From Methanobacteriota archaeon (GTDB lineage Archaea; Thermoplasmatota; Poseidoniia; Poseidoniales; Poseidoniaceae), in contig JABIGM010000012.1 of NCBI GenBank assembly GCA_018650165.1, positions 1-50,565 on the forward strand: DNA of 50,565 nucleotides, given 5' to 3'. Position numbers and translations under genes: made by a program. Below are positions 35,820-46,500 of this stretch, in pieces (the first letter of the stretch is position 1; every line of letters starts with the position of its first letter). Below the pieces are notes generated by a model that saw only the letters and a list, made by a program, of their open reading frames with translations, ran no database searches and was not told where the DNA came from.

Positions 35820-36476
35820 ATGAGCGCACCTGTCGCGGAAGTACTCTGGCCGTCATTAGATGAGTCTGTGGGGAGGCAACCTTGTTTCCCTAGTGGCCCG
35901 GTTTGGTCGATTTTACCGACTCTAAAAGGGCAGATGGAAGATATGCTATCTGATGTCGGCTCACTAGAAAGAGAAGGCGTCAGTATTGATTCATCGAAAG
36001 GTCCTGTACATATTGACTCTACAGCTAAGATTGAAACCGGCGTGCATATCATCGGGCCATCCTACATTGGCCCAAATGCAATTATTCGACATGGCGCTTA
36101 CATCAGAGAGTATTCTTGGATTTGTGCAAATTCTCTTGTTGGCCACGCTAGTGAAACCAAGCACAGTGTTCTACTTCCGGGATCTAAAGCGCCTCATTTC
36201 AACTATGTTGGTGATTCGGTTTTGGGTCCAAATGTAAACCTAGGCGCTGGTGTGAAACTCTCTAATTTACGAAATGATGGCAAAGAAGTTCATGTGAAAA
36301 TAAACGGTGAAAGAACGGCTACTGGCCTTAGGAAATTCGGAGCAATTATTGGAGAAAACTCTCAACTTGGTTGTAATGCTGTAACAAACCCAGGAGTAGT
36401 TCTGGGCGCTAGGTGCATGGTATCTCCTAATTCCACAGTTACGGGCATCTACGATTCTGATTCTAAAATAGGGTGA
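35820..36476 (+). CDS. Left-handed beta-helix acetyltransferase, GlmU C-terminal-like (glucosamine-1-phosphate N-acetyltransferase)
   Basis: Hexapeptide repeats, KAPHFNYVGDSVLG..VNLGAG, RKFGAIIG; adjacent to glmM. Confidence 0.8.
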   Translation: MSAPVAEVLWPSLDESVGRQPCFPSGPVWSILPTLKGQMEDMLSDVGSLEREGVSIDSSKGPVHIDSTAKIETGVHIIGPSYIGPNAIIRHGAYIREYSWICANSLVGHASETKHSVLLPGSKAPHFNYVGDSVLGPNVNLGAGVKLSNLRNDGKEVHVKINGERTATGLRKFGAIIGENSQLGCNAVTNPGVVLGARCMVSPNSTVTGIYDSDSKIG

Positions 36477-36480
36477 TACG

Positions 36481-38001
36481 ATGCTGTTTGGCACCGATGG
36501 AATACGTGGAGAAGTTGCAACATCTCCCGTCAATGATGAAGTCGCTATTGCTGATTTATTGGAAAAGCGTTTGATTTCCCCTCGTCTAATGCGATTAATT
36601 GGAGAGGCGTTGGCCAAAACCATAGATTACAATTCTCAGATAATCGTAGGCTGGGATGAACGCCCTGCAAATCCTGAATTGGTTGCATCACTTACAATGG
36701 GCTTGCATCTTGGTGGATGTAGGGTTGTCCACGGAGGTATTTGTGCAACGCCTGCCTTGCATAATGCATTACTCGAAACCGGTTCGGCACTTGGGTGCAT
36801 GATTACGGCAAGTCATAACCCAGTTTCAGATTCCGGAATCAAAGTGTTTGATTCCCATGGTTTCAAAACGAGTCCGGAAAAAGAAAAAATGATTTCTGAA
36901 TTAATTATTCAGTTGGCTGCGGAAGAACGTGAAGTTGACCAAACCCATCAAGAAGAAATGTCACATGCTGATTCTACCTTTGATGCCGATAAGGCGCACC
37001 AAGAACTCCTAGTTGTAAGACTTGCAGAGTATTCCGGAATGTTTTCTCCTCCACGCCAAAATAAGATTATGATTGATTCATCTAAAGGAGCTGCAACAAA
37101 TTGGCTTGATGGAATTTTGGGCCAACACGGAATTACTGCACAAGAGGTTTCTAGCAAAGCCGCTGCACTAAACGAGAATTGTGGTGCTGGAGAATTATCG
37201 CCAAGTGATTCGTGGACTTGGGAAGAGGCAAAACGGGACTCGCATGTACTAATCAATTCGCTTAGCAGAAGACCTAGTGGAGAAATTATTGCGGCTGCAT
37301 TAGATGGCGATGGCGATAGGTGTTTATTGATAGAATCAACTGAAAATGGTTGCCGCGTTATTGATGGTGATGAAATGGCAGACCACATCTTACGCTCAGC
37401 AAAAGGAAATTGGCACTTGGCCGCCAGTATTGAATCCGACCTCGCACTCTCAACTTCCTTAGATAGACTTGAAGCGAAGGTTGAGTATTCTCAGACTGCT
37501 GTTGGAGACAGATGGCTAGCACAGACGCTAAAGAATGATGATAGGCAAGTACTCGGAGTTGAAGATTCAGGTCACCTAGTAATGTCTGCACCACACCCCA
37601 AGGGTGGTCGCTGTCTTGTGGGCGATGGGGTTGCAAGTTTGTTTGCGGTTCTATGTGCAATGGCTTGTGAAGAGAAGTCGGCTCCCTTTGAAAGAGGTTT
37701 CAAACGTAGAATTTCAATTAAAGATACCATAAGATCTCGTTGGACCGGTAGTAATGAATTAGCAGATAGTGTTGAACATATCGCAGTTCTAAAATTAGGT
37801 GAAATGCAGAGAGGCGGTCTTGTTGGTGAAGCTAATTTGATGTTGTTAGAAACCGAGGGCATCTCGATCGGTGTTCGAAATTCTGGTACTCAAGCCAAAA
37901 CCAATGTTTCTTTGAGGCTGGCCCCTGGAATCGATAATACCGTTCCTCTTGAAGCTGTAAAACAGATAGTGGCAAGTTTACAACATTCTCTAATCGATTA
38001 A
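36481..38001 (+). CDS. glmM: Phosphoglucosamine mutase / alpha-D-phosphohexomutase
   Basis: MLFGTDGIRG, ITASHNP phosphoserine loop, DGDGDR metal loop, GVEDSGH. Confidence 0.85.
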   Translation: MLFGTDGIRGEVATSPVNDEVAIADLLEKRLISPRLMRLIGEALAKTIDYNSQIIVGWDERPANPELVASLTMGLHLGGCRVVHGGICATPALHNALLETGSALGCMITASHNPVSDSGIKVFDSHGFKTSPEKEKMISELIIQLAAEEREVDQTHQEEMSHADSTFDADKAHQELLVVRLAEYSGMFSPPRQNKIMIDSSKGAATNWLDGILGQHGITAQEVSSKAAALNENCGAGELSPSDSWTWEEAKRDSHVLINSLSRRPSGEIIAAALDGDGDRCLLIESTENGCRVIDGDEMADHILRSAKGNWHLAASIESDLALSTSLDRLEAKVEYSQTAVGDRWLAQTLKNDDRQVLGVEDSGHLVMSAPHPKGGRCLVGDGVASLFAVLCAMACEEKSAPFERGFKRRISIKDTIRSRWTGSNELADSVEHIAVLKLGEMQRGGLVGEANLMLLETEGISIGVRNSGTQAKTNVSLRLAPGIDNTVPLEAVKQIVASLQHSLID

Positions 38002-41000
38002 GTATTGGAGATTTCTGATTCATACTTCTGTCCAAGCCAGGTAACCAATCCGAGTAATATTGCGGTTGCTAATAGCATGATTAGAATCATCATTTCTGTA
38101 GCTCCCGCAAGCAATAGAACTCCAGCAATAATCCACGCAATTACAAGGTCTATTGCTCCAATGATTCGCCATGCTCTTCGAAGAGTTATCACTCCAATCA
38201 TCCAAGAAGTTGTAGAAACTGCTAGAACTAATACCATCATCAACACAGTTGTTTGTTCATAATGACCAAACGCTCCTGTTGGAATAAGTAAATGGCCAAT
38301 CCAAAGTCCTGCAGGAGTCCATATCTCTTTGCGGTAGATTACACAAATCACAGCGGATGCCAGTCCGATAATTCCTATTGCAATCATGAACAGTGCGGTG
38401 GTTTCATCGAGTAATTCTATCCAATCCCCTAAGGCGTTCCAACTAATTGGCAAGAACAATGCTAAGCCCACAGGTATCGCCGGTTGCGCCCACTTAATCG
38501 CATTGAAAAGAGCAAGACCACAGGCCAATATCCCTGCAGGGCCGAATGAAATTACAATCACCATTGCCGCCCAAGCAAATCTACCTGCCGCGCCTCTATG
38601 ATCTTCCAAATTTCTTTTTATTCTCTCGGATTCTACCCAATTGAACAGTAGCACTGCGCCGATTAAGAATACTTCCAAGCCCCAAACTGGAACTACCCAT
38701 TTTAGTTCATTACTAAGATTTGGAATAAGTTGGAGTCTGTCTACTCCCATCAGGGTAGTGAGCAACCTAGAAACCAACACTAGCAGAACAATTCCTTCTA
38801 GTGCTGATGGGATTCTGAGGCCTAAATCCTTTCTTCCAACCAATGATATCCCGGCAAGTATTATCAAAGAGCCAAGAAGGACCAATACTTCCCATTGGTC
38901 TACTAATTCCACACTTGAATCTCCTAAGCGTCCTGCTATTTGAATCAAAGTTAAGCCAGCCATCGTTACCGCTATTGGTGATTCAATACCCATGATGTCG
39001 GGGAGCTGGAGATTGACTTGTTCTGCCCTCCAACGTGAAATTCCGATGAACAATACCGAGATGAAAGAAGCCATTGCAATTGCCAATAATGATGACCCTG
39101 AAGTCCAAGAAAAGAATACTCCAATTAGTAAAGTCACTGAAATGAACGAAATTACAATGATTGGTTTGTGGTTAATATCTCCAACAATTAAATCATATTC
39201 TCCCGATGAAGAGCGACGGCGGGAACGTTTCTTTTGCGCTTCGGATAATTGTAATAATTCAGTATCAATCATTCGAATATGTGAGGATTCATCTTGTTGG
39301 GCAGTTATTTCTGCTTTGAGTTCCGCTCTTACAAGGTGCTTCGCGATTCTTTCTTCTCTCTGTGATACTTGGCGCAAGCGTGACCTAATTTCACCTTGGG
39401 CTGCTAGCCACGCTCCTGTGATTACGAAACTCGCACCAGTAAGAGCAATCGTTGGGAAATCCTCGAAACTATTTGCCGCTAAACCCACAGTGACTAATAC
39501 TGCAATACTCGCAATTGCAGACGGTAATAGTCTATCTAATTTCGAGGCACGGGGCAGGTATAACCCACCCAGAGTTGCCATACTTGCAATCCCTGCATAT
39601 CTTAGATTTTCAACGCCGCTCGGTAAATTTTCACTATCTGTTAAAAATGTATTAACTGGTTCATCAAGGCCAATTAGCATCATCATTACAGAAATAAAAC
39701 CAAGTGTTATTGTGATCAATTTTCCAGGCATCAAGGTGTCTGAAGTAATTACCTCGCCCTTTGAAAGGCGTAATGCATTTTCTTCAGACCAACGAACAAT
39801 TAGCACAGATGATATTCCAAGAATAGTCACCCAAAATGCACCAAAACCAAATCTCCACTGAAGAATTAATGCCGCTATGGCCCATGATACAAGGATAGTA
39901 CGGGGGTTGCCTTGGTGCTTGTCAAATCGCATAATCAATGCGTGTGAAAGCAATAGAACCCCCATTATTAGCAATAGGCCATATGAAGGAATTATACCAG
40001 GGTGTGTCAGAAATAGAATTGTACCAAGGACTGTTATGAAACTGATATTCCAGAGCCTCATCATTCCACTATCGCGCATTCGTGCACTCAATTCGGACAG
40101 CCCTGCTAAGCGACCAGCGAGATTTACACCCGTATCTCCTAATTTCAAATTAAGCGGGATTTGGATTGCGATTAGTAACAACATGTAGATTGTTAAATCG
40201 AATTCCGCTATATTGATTGGAATTAAATCGACTGAAATTAGTCTATCTTCAATATTACTTGCGAATAATAGTAACCATATCCATGGGGCAAGAGTTGCAG
40301 TACCTGCCAAGGAAGGTGAATTTCTTTGAATAGCAAGCCATGAAAGGCCAACCCAAACTATTGCTTGGCATACCAGTAAATTGCGCGCCCATGTTGCTTC
40401 TTCCGCGTTTATCAATAAAGTCAGTAATATTACCATTACAATTGAGCCAATCCATAGGACATGGTCGGAAACTGCATGTTGGTGATTCAGTAAAGCGAAT
40501 GTGGTAAGCGAGGCACTGAATACTGCATATACTGCCCAGGGTTCAGAGAATGGCGGTTCGATGATCCCTCTTACCATTAGGATAAGAATTGCTAACAGCA
40601 AGGGTGCTGGCCACAGAGCATAACGTTGTAATCGATTCCAATCCTCGCCCCTAACTACGAGGTAAGAAGGTCCAAATGCTGAAATTAACAATATCAGTTG
40701 AGCGATTGCATATCCTGTTTCTAGGCGGTGTGAAGCAATTGCTAGTAGAGCCCCGAACATTCCTAATCCAACAGAAACTGACCATAGCCCCGGTTTGCCT
40801 AGTCCCATTGCATTGAATGCAGATGAAAACCAATTTTCGGCTTTAGCAAATCTTGTGGCTGTAATTGCATTAATCCCAGTTACTGCGAACATCAATAAGA
40901 ATAGTAACAATTCGTCTTCAAATGGCTTTATCTCTATACCAAATAATATCCAATTATTACTAATTGCATGCAAACCAATCCACAGATATGATACTGCAAT

Positions 41001-41780
41001 TCCTAGCGAGGCGAGGTTACCAGACTTGCGCAGATATGCGAGAGCATGCAGCAATAACGTTCCCAAACCAATCATAGCAGCTACGCCTTCTTGGCCATAA
41101 GGGCCTCCTGCTGCAGAACCTATTGCAAGTAATACCAGTGTTGCCTGGGCAGCAATAGCGTCTTCATTGTGGTGTTGAGCTATGAAAATATTTACAGTAA
41201 CCAATCCCAATAATCCAACACCTAATTCGGTCTGAGTTATCCAGTCCCACGAGTACATTGAAATTGCCAAACCATACAATAGTTTCATGGAAATAATTAC
41301 CCATGTTACTCCAAGAATATGCATACTGTTCTTTGGAATCCAAACCTCCCCTAGCCAAATTCCAAAGCCTGCCATTGCAAGTAGACCAATCGCTGAAAGA
41401 GTAGGTCCGAGGGTTGTACCGACTATTGCACCGATTGCAGACCAAACCACAATCATTGAGATCATTAATCCAAAGTGAATTCTTTTTTCTCCTTCGATAG
41501 CGTATTCGGTTACGCTATCAATTTCTGGCGGTTCATCCACAGTCCCATCCCGATTTATTCTGCTAGGGGCATCTCCGCGAGTAAATATTTCAGCTATCTC
41601 GCCAATCGCAATATCAACTTCTTCTTTGGAGTTATCTTCGATTTCTAAATTTTCAACTGGAACATCTGTTTTAGGTTCTGAATCGATTAAGAAACTCCCC
41701 AAGTCCACTCCAGAACCCTTCTGGAATTTGCGCTTGGAGATGATTTCATCCTCGGACTCCTTCACCATACAAACCCTCAC
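37998..41780 (-). CDS. Very large polytopic membrane protein of unknown function
   Basis: 1260 aa, acidic soluble N-terminus, roughly 30 hydrophobic segments, one central coiled-coil-like cytoplasmic loop. Confidence 0.8.
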   Translation of the reverse strand: MRVCMVKESEDEIISKRKFQKGSGVDLGSFLIDSEPKTDVPVENLEIEDNSKEEVDIAIGEIAEIFTRGDAPSRINRDGTVDEPPEIDSVTEYAIEGEKRIHFGLMISMIVVWSAIGAIVGTTLGPTLSAIGLLAMAGFGIWLGEVWIPKNSMHILGVTWVIISMKLLYGLAISMYSWDWITQTELGVGLLGLVTVNIFIAQHHNEDAIAAQATLVLLAIGSAAGGPYGQEGVAAMIGLGTLLLHALAYLRKSGNLASLGIAVSYLWIGLHAISNNWILFGIEIKPFEDELLLFLLMFAVTGINAITATRFAKAENWFSSAFNAMGLGKPGLWSVSVGLGMFGALLAIASHRLETGYAIAQLILLISAFGPSYLVVRGEDWNRLQRYALWPAPLLLAILILMVRGIIEPPFSEPWAVYAVFSASLTTFALLNHQHAVSDHVLWIGSIVMVILLTLLINAEEATWARNLLVCQAIVWVGLSWLAIQRNSPSLAGTATLAPWIWLLLFASNIEDRLISVDLIPINIAEFDLTIYMLLLIAIQIPLNLKLGDTGVNLAGRLAGLSELSARMRDSGMMRLWNISFITVLGTILFLTHPGIIPSYGLLLIMGVLLLSHALIMRFDKHQGNPRTILVSWAIAALILQWRFGFGAFWVTILGISSVLIVRWSEENALRLSKGEVITSDTLMPGKLITITLGFISVMMMLIGLDEPVNTFLTDSENLPSGVENLRYAGIASMATLGGLYLPRASKLDRLLPSAIASIAVLVTVGLAANSFEDFPTIALTGASFVITGAWLAAQGEIRSRLRQVSQREERIAKHLVRAELKAEITAQQDESSHIRMIDTELLQLSEAQKKRSRRRSSSGEYDLIVGDINHKPIIVISFISVTLLIGVFFSWTSGSSLLAIAMASFISVLFIGISRWRAEQVNLQLPDIMGIESPIAVTMAGLTLIQIAGRLGDSSVELVDQWEVLVLLGSLIILAGISLVGRKDLGLRIPSALEGIVLLVLVSRLLTTLMGVDRLQLIPNLSNELKWVVPVWGLEVFLIGAVLLFNWVESERIKRNLEDHRGAAGRFAWAAMVIVISFGPAGILACGLALFNAIKWAQPAIPVGLALFLPISWNALGDWIELLDETTALFMIAIGIIGLASAVICVIYRKEIWTPAGLWIGHLLIPTGAFGHYEQTTVLMMVLVLAVSTTSWMIGVITLRRAWRIIGAIDLVIAWIIAGVLLLAGATEMMILIMLLATAILLGLVTWLGQKYESEISNT

Positions 41781-41812
41781 CCTTCGATAATGGCTTTCAA
41801 TATCTCCCCTCG

Positions 41813-41905
41813 CCGACCTGTAATTCGGTTAATTGGGGTGTTGAGAGGATACTTTCACACCGCAAGGGACAAAGAGGTCCCGCGGGTCGCCGTTGCATGG
41901 CGACC
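41813..41905 (+). promoter_or_regulatory. Candidate structured 5' leader of pckA
   Basis: Tandem hairpins at 41837-41861, 41860-41885 and 41885-41905. The second contains GAGGT and the third contains the ATG. Confidence 0.4.
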
Positions 41906-43489
41906 ACTGTGGGTACCCCGTCGGGTGACCTATCTGAAAGCGGCATTTCCACAAACGCAACTGTCCATTGGAATCTCGATAACATCACTCTTATCGATTT
42001 AGCAGTGGAAAGAAAGGAGGGTTTTCTATCGAATCATGGAGCCCTCGTAACTGAAACTGGAGAGAGAACTGGCCGTTCGCCAAATGACAAATTTATTGTT
42101 GACGAACCTAGTACAAATCAAGATGTAAATTGGGGCGATGTAAACATCTCAACCGACAAGGTTGTTTTTGATAGATTAAAGCTTCAAGTAATCGATTACC
42201 TTTCTGCAAAAGAGGATTTATTCGTACAAGATTTATACTGTGGCGCAGAAGAAAGTGAAGCATTGCCTATTCGAATCATCAACCAAAACGCGTGGCACAA
42301 TGCATTCGCTCGCAATATGTTTGTTCGTCCTACTACCGAACAATTAGAATCGCATACACCACAATTTACAGTTTACCACGCCCCTCACTTTGAAGCAGTT
42401 GATGAAGATTTGAATTCACAGTGTTTTGTTGTTGTAAACTATGCTGCTGGAGAAGTAATCATTGGCGGTACTAGATATGCTGGTGAAATTAAAAAATCAA
42501 TCTTTAGTGTGATGAATCTTATTCTGCCCAAGAAAGGTATTCTTCCAATGCATTGCTCTGCCAATACTACTGGCGAAAATACTGCAATTTTCTTCGGGCT
42601 GTCTGGGACTGGTAAAACAACATTATCCGCAGATCCTAAACGCGCTCTTATCGGAGATGATGAACATGGCTGGGGAACAAATGGTGTATTCAATTTCGAA
42701 GGCGGATGCTACGCAAAATTGATCAATCTGTCAGAAGATGATGAACCTGAAATTTTCGGGACCACACGACAGAAAGGCACTGTTCTCGAAAATATAGTAG
42801 TGGATTCTGAAGGAGTGCCTGATTTCTTTGACACAAGTAAGACTCAGAATACGCGCGGCTCGTACCCTATTGAATTCATTGATAATCGAACAATGGACAG
42901 TAAGGGGGGACATCCGCAAAATGTAATTTTTCTCACTTGTGATGCGTTCGGAGTATTGCCCCCTATTAGCAGATTGACACCCTCCCAAGCGGCTTACCAC
43001 TTTATTTCTGGATATACTGCAAAGGTCGCAGGTACTGAAATCGGTGTAACTGAACCTCAGGCTACTTTCTCTGCTTGCTTTGGTGAGCCTTTCATGCCGA
43101 TGCACCCCGGTGTTTATGCAGATTTGTTATCAGCAAAAATGGCCGAGCATGGCTCGACTGCATGGCTGATCAATACCGGCTGGTCCGGTGGTGCATACGG
43201 CGTAGGCAATAGGATGAAAATAAAATACACCCGTGCAATGCTAAATGCTGCGCTTGACGGTGAATTGGATAATGTAGAGTACGTAACTGATGAAAGATTT
43301 GGATTTGAAATTCCAACATCTTGCCTTGGAGTTCCTTCAGAAGTTTTGATTCCAAAACAAACATGGGCAAATGGTGATGCTTACGACCTAACTGCAGACA
43401 AGTTAGCATCTATGTTTAATGAAAACTTCAAGCGTTACGCCGCAGGCGTTTCTGAAGCTGTTAACGCCGCAGCACCTCGTAATCATTGA
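41897..43489 (+). CDS. pckA: Phosphoenolpyruvate carboxykinase (ATP-dependent)
   Basis: TGRSPNDKFIV, YAGEIKKSIF, MHCSAN, FFGLSGTGKTTLSAD, IGDDEHGW, FEGGCYAK, CFGEPF. Confidence 0.97.
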   Translation: MATTVGTPSGDLSESGISTNATVHWNLDNITLIDLAVERKEGFLSNHGALVTETGERTGRSPNDKFIVDEPSTNQDVNWGDVNISTDKVVFDRLKLQVIDYLSAKEDLFVQDLYCGAEESEALPIRIINQNAWHNAFARNMFVRPTTEQLESHTPQFTVYHAPHFEAVDEDLNSQCFVVVNYAAGEVIIGGTRYAGEIKKSIFSVMNLILPKKGILPMHCSANTTGENTAIFFGLSGTGKTTLSADPKRALIGDDEHGWGTNGVFNFEGGCYAKLINLSEDDEPEIFGTTRQKGTVLENIVVDSEGVPDFFDTSKTQNTRGSYPIEFIDNRTMDSKGGHPQNVIFLTCDAFGVLPPISRLTPSQAAYHFISGYTAKVAGTEIGVTEPQATFSACFGEPFMPMHPGVYADLLSAKMAEHGSTAWLINTGWSGGAYGVGNRMKIKYTRAMLNAALDGELDNVEYVTDERFGFEIPTSCLGVPSEVLIPKQTWANGDAYDLTADKLASMFNENFKRYAAGVSEAVNAAAPRNH

Positions 43490-43554
43490 ATCTTGTAATT
43501 TTTGACACACCATTGCAAAACCGTACTTTCATAGCGGACTAGTGACACGGAAGG

Positions 43555-46500
43555 GTGTTGAGAGCCATGCGTACACGTACTTTGCTTCTTTCCAGCCTGA
43601 TGCTAATGATGTGTTTTACCCCCCTTGCTTCTGCGGGTTTGGACAAGAGTCTGGAAGATGGGAAGAGCGAAGAAGAGGCTCGGTTTTTGGATATCCCGAT
43701 TCATACATTTGACGATGTAGGACAACGGATTGATGCCGGTGCAAGCGGTCGCGCCCCGTGTAATGCAGTTCAAACCGATGGAGGTACTGCTGGTGATACT
43801 GGAAACACAAGTGCAACGGCTAAGAGCCTAGGTTCTAATCCAAACAATGGCCCTAATGGAGTTACTGGCTGTGTTGATGCAAATGATGCTGAAGATCTTT
43901 ACAGCATTACTACAACTGCCGGCAAGGATGTTGATATCGAATTAGTTGTTCCAACCGGCGCTGATTTCGACCTTTACATCACCGATGCGGCACTAACTGT
44001 TGCATACGATAGTTCGATTTACAATGACCCTCTTGAGAAAGTAACAACCGCTGGAACTAACCTATCTGGTCAGGCTACAACATTCTATGTCTACATCTAT
44101 GCATATTCAGGCGATGGATCTTACACTCTTCGCGTTTGGACTAACAATACTGTCCCCCGTCCTGATATGACAATTTCATATATCGATGCGCCACTAAAAG
44201 CACAGGCTGGAGATACTGTAAATGTCAACTATACTGTTGACAATTTAGCAAATAACTCATCTGCAACAACAGGTGCATTTGATGTATTCTTCATCCTTTC
44301 AACAGATACAACATACGATCAATTTGACCTGATTCTTGATGATGTGTCCAAAGAAACCGATCTTGCAGCAGGGGCTAATCGTACTACATCGATGAGTATT
44401 TCATTACCTGCCAACCTCACGAACGATTCGTATTATTGGATAGTTTGGGCTGATGGATATGGTAATGTCACTGAAAGTGACGCAACGAATAATGACATGA
44501 TTTCGTCTCTACAAATGGTAGTTGGAAATGATTGTAATGATTTAATGGGTGGTACTCAAAACGATGGAGGATTAGGGGCTGATGCCGCAGGCGATACTGC
44601 AAATGCCACCAACATGGGAAATAACGTAACGGCCACCTACACAGGGTGTATGGATGGAGCAGATGGTGACGACATTTTTGCATTTGATGTTCCTGCTGGA
44701 TACTTTATCGAGATTTCATTAGATGCAGAGGATAATGCATCGGATTTGGATATATTCATTCACTACTCCAATGGCTCAGAAGTTGACAGGGGCTTTACTG
44801 CCTCCTATCCAGAGGTCGCTACTGCTAAACTAACAGATTATGAGGGGACTGCAGGAACTTATTATGTTAATGTGAGTCACTTTTCTGGCGTCTCAAACTA
44901 CACACTTGATGTATGGACTAACCAAAGTATTCCCGCTCCAGATTACACTATTGATACGATCACAAGTGCTGGAAGTGGACAGGCAGGAGATTCATTTGAT
45001 GTCACAGCCATCCTAGAAAATGTTGGAACGGTAGATGGCGTTTCTAATGTGGAATTAATTACGGTTTTATCTGTGAACACCGGTGTAGATTGGTATGACC
45101 ATGAAATCGGTTCCATCTCTACAAATGGCATTCCATTTGACACCAATACAAGTGTTACAATCCCATCTACAATCCCTCTTGATATCGTTGAAGGAGACTA
45201 CAACCTCTATGTCGTAGTTGACCAGGATGACCTTGTGCTTGAACGTGATGAAGAAAACAACCAGCAGGCCAGAACAGGACAATTCTCAATTGGCAATGCT
45301 GAAACAAGTTGTGCTACACAAAACGATGGTGGTCTAGGTGGAGATGCTGGTAACAGCACGAGTAGCGCTTTCGACTTAGGGAATTATGCTGATGCAGAGT
45401 ATCGTGGCTGTATTGATTCTAATGATATGGGCGACTACTATACCATCACGCTTGGGGCTGGACAAAATATGAATTTGACACTTGTTGACCCGCCTTCTGG
45501 AGCGGTCAATCTAGCAATCGTAGATGCAAATGGCGCAGAGGTTGATTCTGATTTGGGATGGTTTGCAGATAGTGAGGTTACAACTATTGGGACCTCATTT
45601 GATGGTGTCGCAGGCGTTTACACAATCATGGTCAATCGTTCTACATCTTTCTGGGAGAGCGGAGGAGCGGGTACTTACAGATTATTAGTAGGCGAACCTG
45701 CTGGCTATGTTGCTCCATTCTCTTGCGTCGGACATTCAGATGCTGGAACCGGTACAGATGCTGGAACCGATTTATCCAATGCTATGATTTTGGGAGCAAA
45801 CCCCTCTGTTAATGGACAGGGATGTCTCGATGGACAGGATAATTCAGATGCATATCAGTTTAATCTTGAAGATAAGAACAATATCGATGTAACGTTCATG
45901 CCTGATGCTGGCTCTCTCTTCACTACAAGTTTGTATGATGGAAATGGTGCAATGATTACTGGATGGAATGGAACCGCATGGTCCTCCATGGGCGATTCGG
46001 TGCACGAAGGAATGGATGGAACATTCACTTTGGTGGTTGATTCAGTAGGCGGAGAAGGTTACTATAACCTCTCAATCTCATCTATGGCTCCTGCTCCGGC
46101 AGACCTTGCAATTAGCAATCTATCGTGTGGTTCTGAAATGATTAGTAATGAAGAATTATTTTACTCGTTTGAAATTCATAATATGCGCGGGCCTGCGGTT
46201 GGAGATTTCTCTTGGACCCTTGAATTGATAGATTCTCAAGGAATGATGGTTGAAGAAATTGACTCTTCTTCCCTCGGAACTTATGCAACATACGGACAGT
46301 TGGTTTTGGAGAGAGCTTCGTCGACTTTCATTAATGCAAGTACCGCTTCTGGCATCTATACTTGTAAAGTTATGATAAATATGGATGGAGCAATACTTGA
46401 GCTTGATCTATTGAACAATGAATTGACTGGAGAAAATTTCACTATTCAAAACGAAGACGAATTATGGGCAAATGATGTTGACCGTGACGGATACAATACA

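Noticed and set aside
41835-41870. Resemblance of the pckA leader to a TPP riboswitch (GGGGTG...TGAGAG...ATAC...AGGGA)
   Set aside because: It lacks the CCTGAT, GGxAATGCC and AGCG elements of the pyrophosphate-binding arm, and the downstream gene is unrelated to thiamine.
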